NCBI RefSeq assembly: GCF_009914755.1
Contig: NC_060935.1
Origin: the human T2T-CHM13v2.0 reference genome, Homo sapiens
Direction: 5' to 3' (one strand)
Length of the DNA: 64,000 bases
The translations under genes were made by a program, and so were the position numbers. The notes below the pieces were generated by a model. That model was not told the DNA's origin. It ran no database searches and saw only the letters and a list, made by a program, of their open reading frames with translations. Numbering within the stretch: position 1 is the first letter of the stretch; each line of letters opens with the position of its first letter. This document shows positions 61,829-64,000 of this stretch, piece after piece.

Positions 61829-62340
61829 TCTAGGTATATTTTTTAGAAGCTCTCAGTTGAGCTGTCATGGATATTGAATGAGGATTAGCAGGTGTTAGGT
61901 TATACAGTGTCCTGAGACTTATGATCAGAGCCTGGTTTCCTCAAGAAGTTTGACCCCTGGATGAGCTTTAAGGCTGAGCTCTTGGCAAACAACTGTCATC
62001 CAGAATTCCCCTGTGCCAGGTGGGTCCCTGCTCCTGTTTCATCTGCAGGCTTCAACTCAGCTACCCAGGGCTCAGCCTGCTGGGATTTGGCACCTCTTGT
62101 GAGGCTGTCATGGTATCTGACCCTTGCCTTATCCTGCCCACCTCCGTGATGGGGTCCTGTTTCCATCTAGCATCGCCTACCCACTCCCATCTCATGCTGA
62201 CAACTCACAGGAACTGGTGCTTCTCAGACCCCTCTGGTCCAGATGGGTGAATGCAGAGCCTGACAGGCCCACCTATACACATGTATGCACCCCTGCCCAA
62301 CAGAGACAGAGAGAAACATTGCTGAGCCAGAGGGACCATT

Positions 62341-62346
62341 TTTATT
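62341..62346 (-). terminator. MAP6: MAP6 polyadenylation signal
   Basis: TTTATT on + is AATAAA on -, about 120 nt after the stop, with upstream TGTA and downstream TG/TC-rich sequence. Confidence 0.85.
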
Positions 62347-62463
62347 AGATTCCAGCAAGACTACTGTACATGTTTCATGCAGATTAAATATGTGTCTTCA
62401 CTGCCCCTGGGAGGGGAGCACTCTCACTGTCAGCTCCTTCATTGGTGTGTCAAGGGGTGAGTG

Positions 62464-63589
62464 TCAAGGGGAGCTCTCAATGTATTCCGTATGGGGGGCA
62501 GTTGGGATCATGACTCGGGGTAGAGGTGAGACAGTAGGTAGCTGAGGGTCCCTGGGACCTTGAGTCTTCAGAGGTTCAGGGACTGCAGGACCTTGGTCCT
62601 TTGCTGGTACTGGCACCAGAGGATCTTGATCCTTCAGAGGCACTGGGACTATAGGAACTTGATTCTTCAGAGGTTCAGGGACTATACGACCTTGATTCTT
62701 TGGAGGCTGTAGGACTGTGGGGCCTTGATCCTTAACTAGTACTGGGAGAATGGGGTCTTGATTCTTCACGGACTCGGGGACCACAGGACCTTGATTCTTT
62801 ACAGGTGCCACAACTGCAGAATCGTGACCCTTTGCATGCTCTGGGACTACAACATCTTGATCCTTGACTGGCCCTGAGACCACTAAACCTTGATTCTTTA
62901 CAGGCTCAGAGACCATGGAACCTTGATTCTTTATGGGTGCTGTGGCCATGGCACTTTCATCCTTCGGATGCTCTGGGACCATGGGATCTTGATCCTTGAT
63001 AGGTGCTGAGACCATGGGACCTTCATCCTTGACAGGTGCTGGGACTATGGGACCTTCACCCTTGACAGGTGCTGGGACTATGGGACCTTGATCCTTGACA
63101 GGTGCTGAGACCATGGGACCTTGATCCTTGACAGATGCTGAGACCATGGGACCTTCATCCTTGACAGGTGCTGGGACCATAGGAGCTTGATTCTTCACAG
63201 GCTCAGGAATCCTAGGACCTTGATCCTTTAGAGACTCTGGTACCACAGAGCCTTGATCCTTAACTTTTGCTGGAACCATAGGACTTTGATTCTTTGGAGG
63301 AACTGGGACCGAGGGACCTTGGTCCTTGACTGGTGCTGAGATAACAGGGCTTTCATTCTTTAAAGGCTCAGGGACCGTGTGATCTTGATCCTTGACTGGT
63401 AATGGGATCATGGGACCTAGATCCTTTGGAGGCCCTGGGACCACAGAACCTTGCTTCTTCAGAGGCTCTTGCACCATAGGACCTTGACCTTTCAGAAGGC
63501 CTGGGACCACAGAACCTTGATCCTTGTCTGGCTCTGTGGCTACAGGACCTTGAGTCTTACTTGAATCACTGACGGGTTGAGCCAGGCTC
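62464..63589 (-). CDS. MAP6: MAP6 (STOP) last exon, C-terminal repeat domain of the long neuronal isoform: (E)SLAQPVSDSSKTQGP...TEYIESSP*
   Basis: Acceptor CTCTCTCTCCTTTGCAG| at 63590/63589; open frame to TGA at 62464; I recognise the translation as the human MAP6 C-terminus. Confidence 0.96.
62536..63558 (-). repeat. MAP6: Coding 33-bp (11-aa) tandem repeat, 31 units
   Basis: K-[DN]-Q-G-P-x-V-P-x-P-[VL] consensus in unbroken register from KTQGPVATEPD to KTQGPRDPQLP. Confidence 0.95.
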
Positions 63590-64000
63590 CTGCAAAGGAG
63601 AGAGAGGTGATCACTGTGAGAGTAGAGCTCAGGCAGGGACAGGGCAGAGTACAGATTGCCTAATAAGTCTTGGCCTAGTGGAGCCTGGGCCGGGCAGCTC
63701 TTGCTGGAGAGCCAGGAGAATATGATTTCTGTGTTCTTAGTACAGAATGTGGGCGGGGGTGAGGGAGGGGGGTGAGGTGAAGGCTCAGGAATCAGTCATT
63801 CAATGTGCTTGCCAATTGATTATAACCTGCACGTGGCACAGGGGGTGGCACGCTGGTGACAATGGCAGTACTGTAGCTGGACTCGGAGTCATCCAGTAGG
63901 CATCCCAGCAGCCCGTCCACCCCACATTCCATCCAGGTCCCTACTTTTTCTTCTAGGATCGTTGGGCCCATCCTGGGAGCCCCATCTCAGCTGCCCACCA

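Overview
Human (primate) genomic DNA that I recognise as the chr11q13.5 GDPD5-SERPINH1-MAP6 interval. It holds three gene segments. (1) The CpG-island promoter and non-coding first exon of a minus-strand gene at ~0.5-2.2 kb, most likely GDPD5 (inferred from synteny; no coding exon is in the window). (2) The complete SERPINH1/HSP47 gene on + (~37.6-48.2 kb): heat-shock element and TATA promoter, non-coding exon 1, a 44-nt 5'UTR cassette exon, and four coding exons giving 418 aa ending in RDEL. (3) The last exon of MAP6 on - (62.3-63.6 kb), encoding 31 in-register 11-aa repeats. The rest is mostly interspersed repeats: about 30 Alu pieces, MIR, L2, L1, hAT fossils (Charlie1, MER5, MER45, MER53, MER96-like), an LTR1-family solo LTR with intact TSD, MaLR LTRs and an ERVL gag-pol relic. 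I see no new protein-coding gene or CRISPR-like system. The most interesting observations are: a retroposed 19-nt 5' fragment of tRNA-Ile with an A-tail and 19-bp TSDs; a SERPINH1 cassette exon that creates an out-of-frame uORF overlapping the HSP47 start codon; an in-frame GUG in optimal Kozak context; paired CREB3L1/2-XBP1-type motifs in a SERPINH1 intron; an orphan CpG island; a microsatellite carrying five phased TACGTG (HRE-core) motifs; and a CTCF motif next to a G4-prone tract. Repeat boundaries and subfamily names were read by eye and are approximate.
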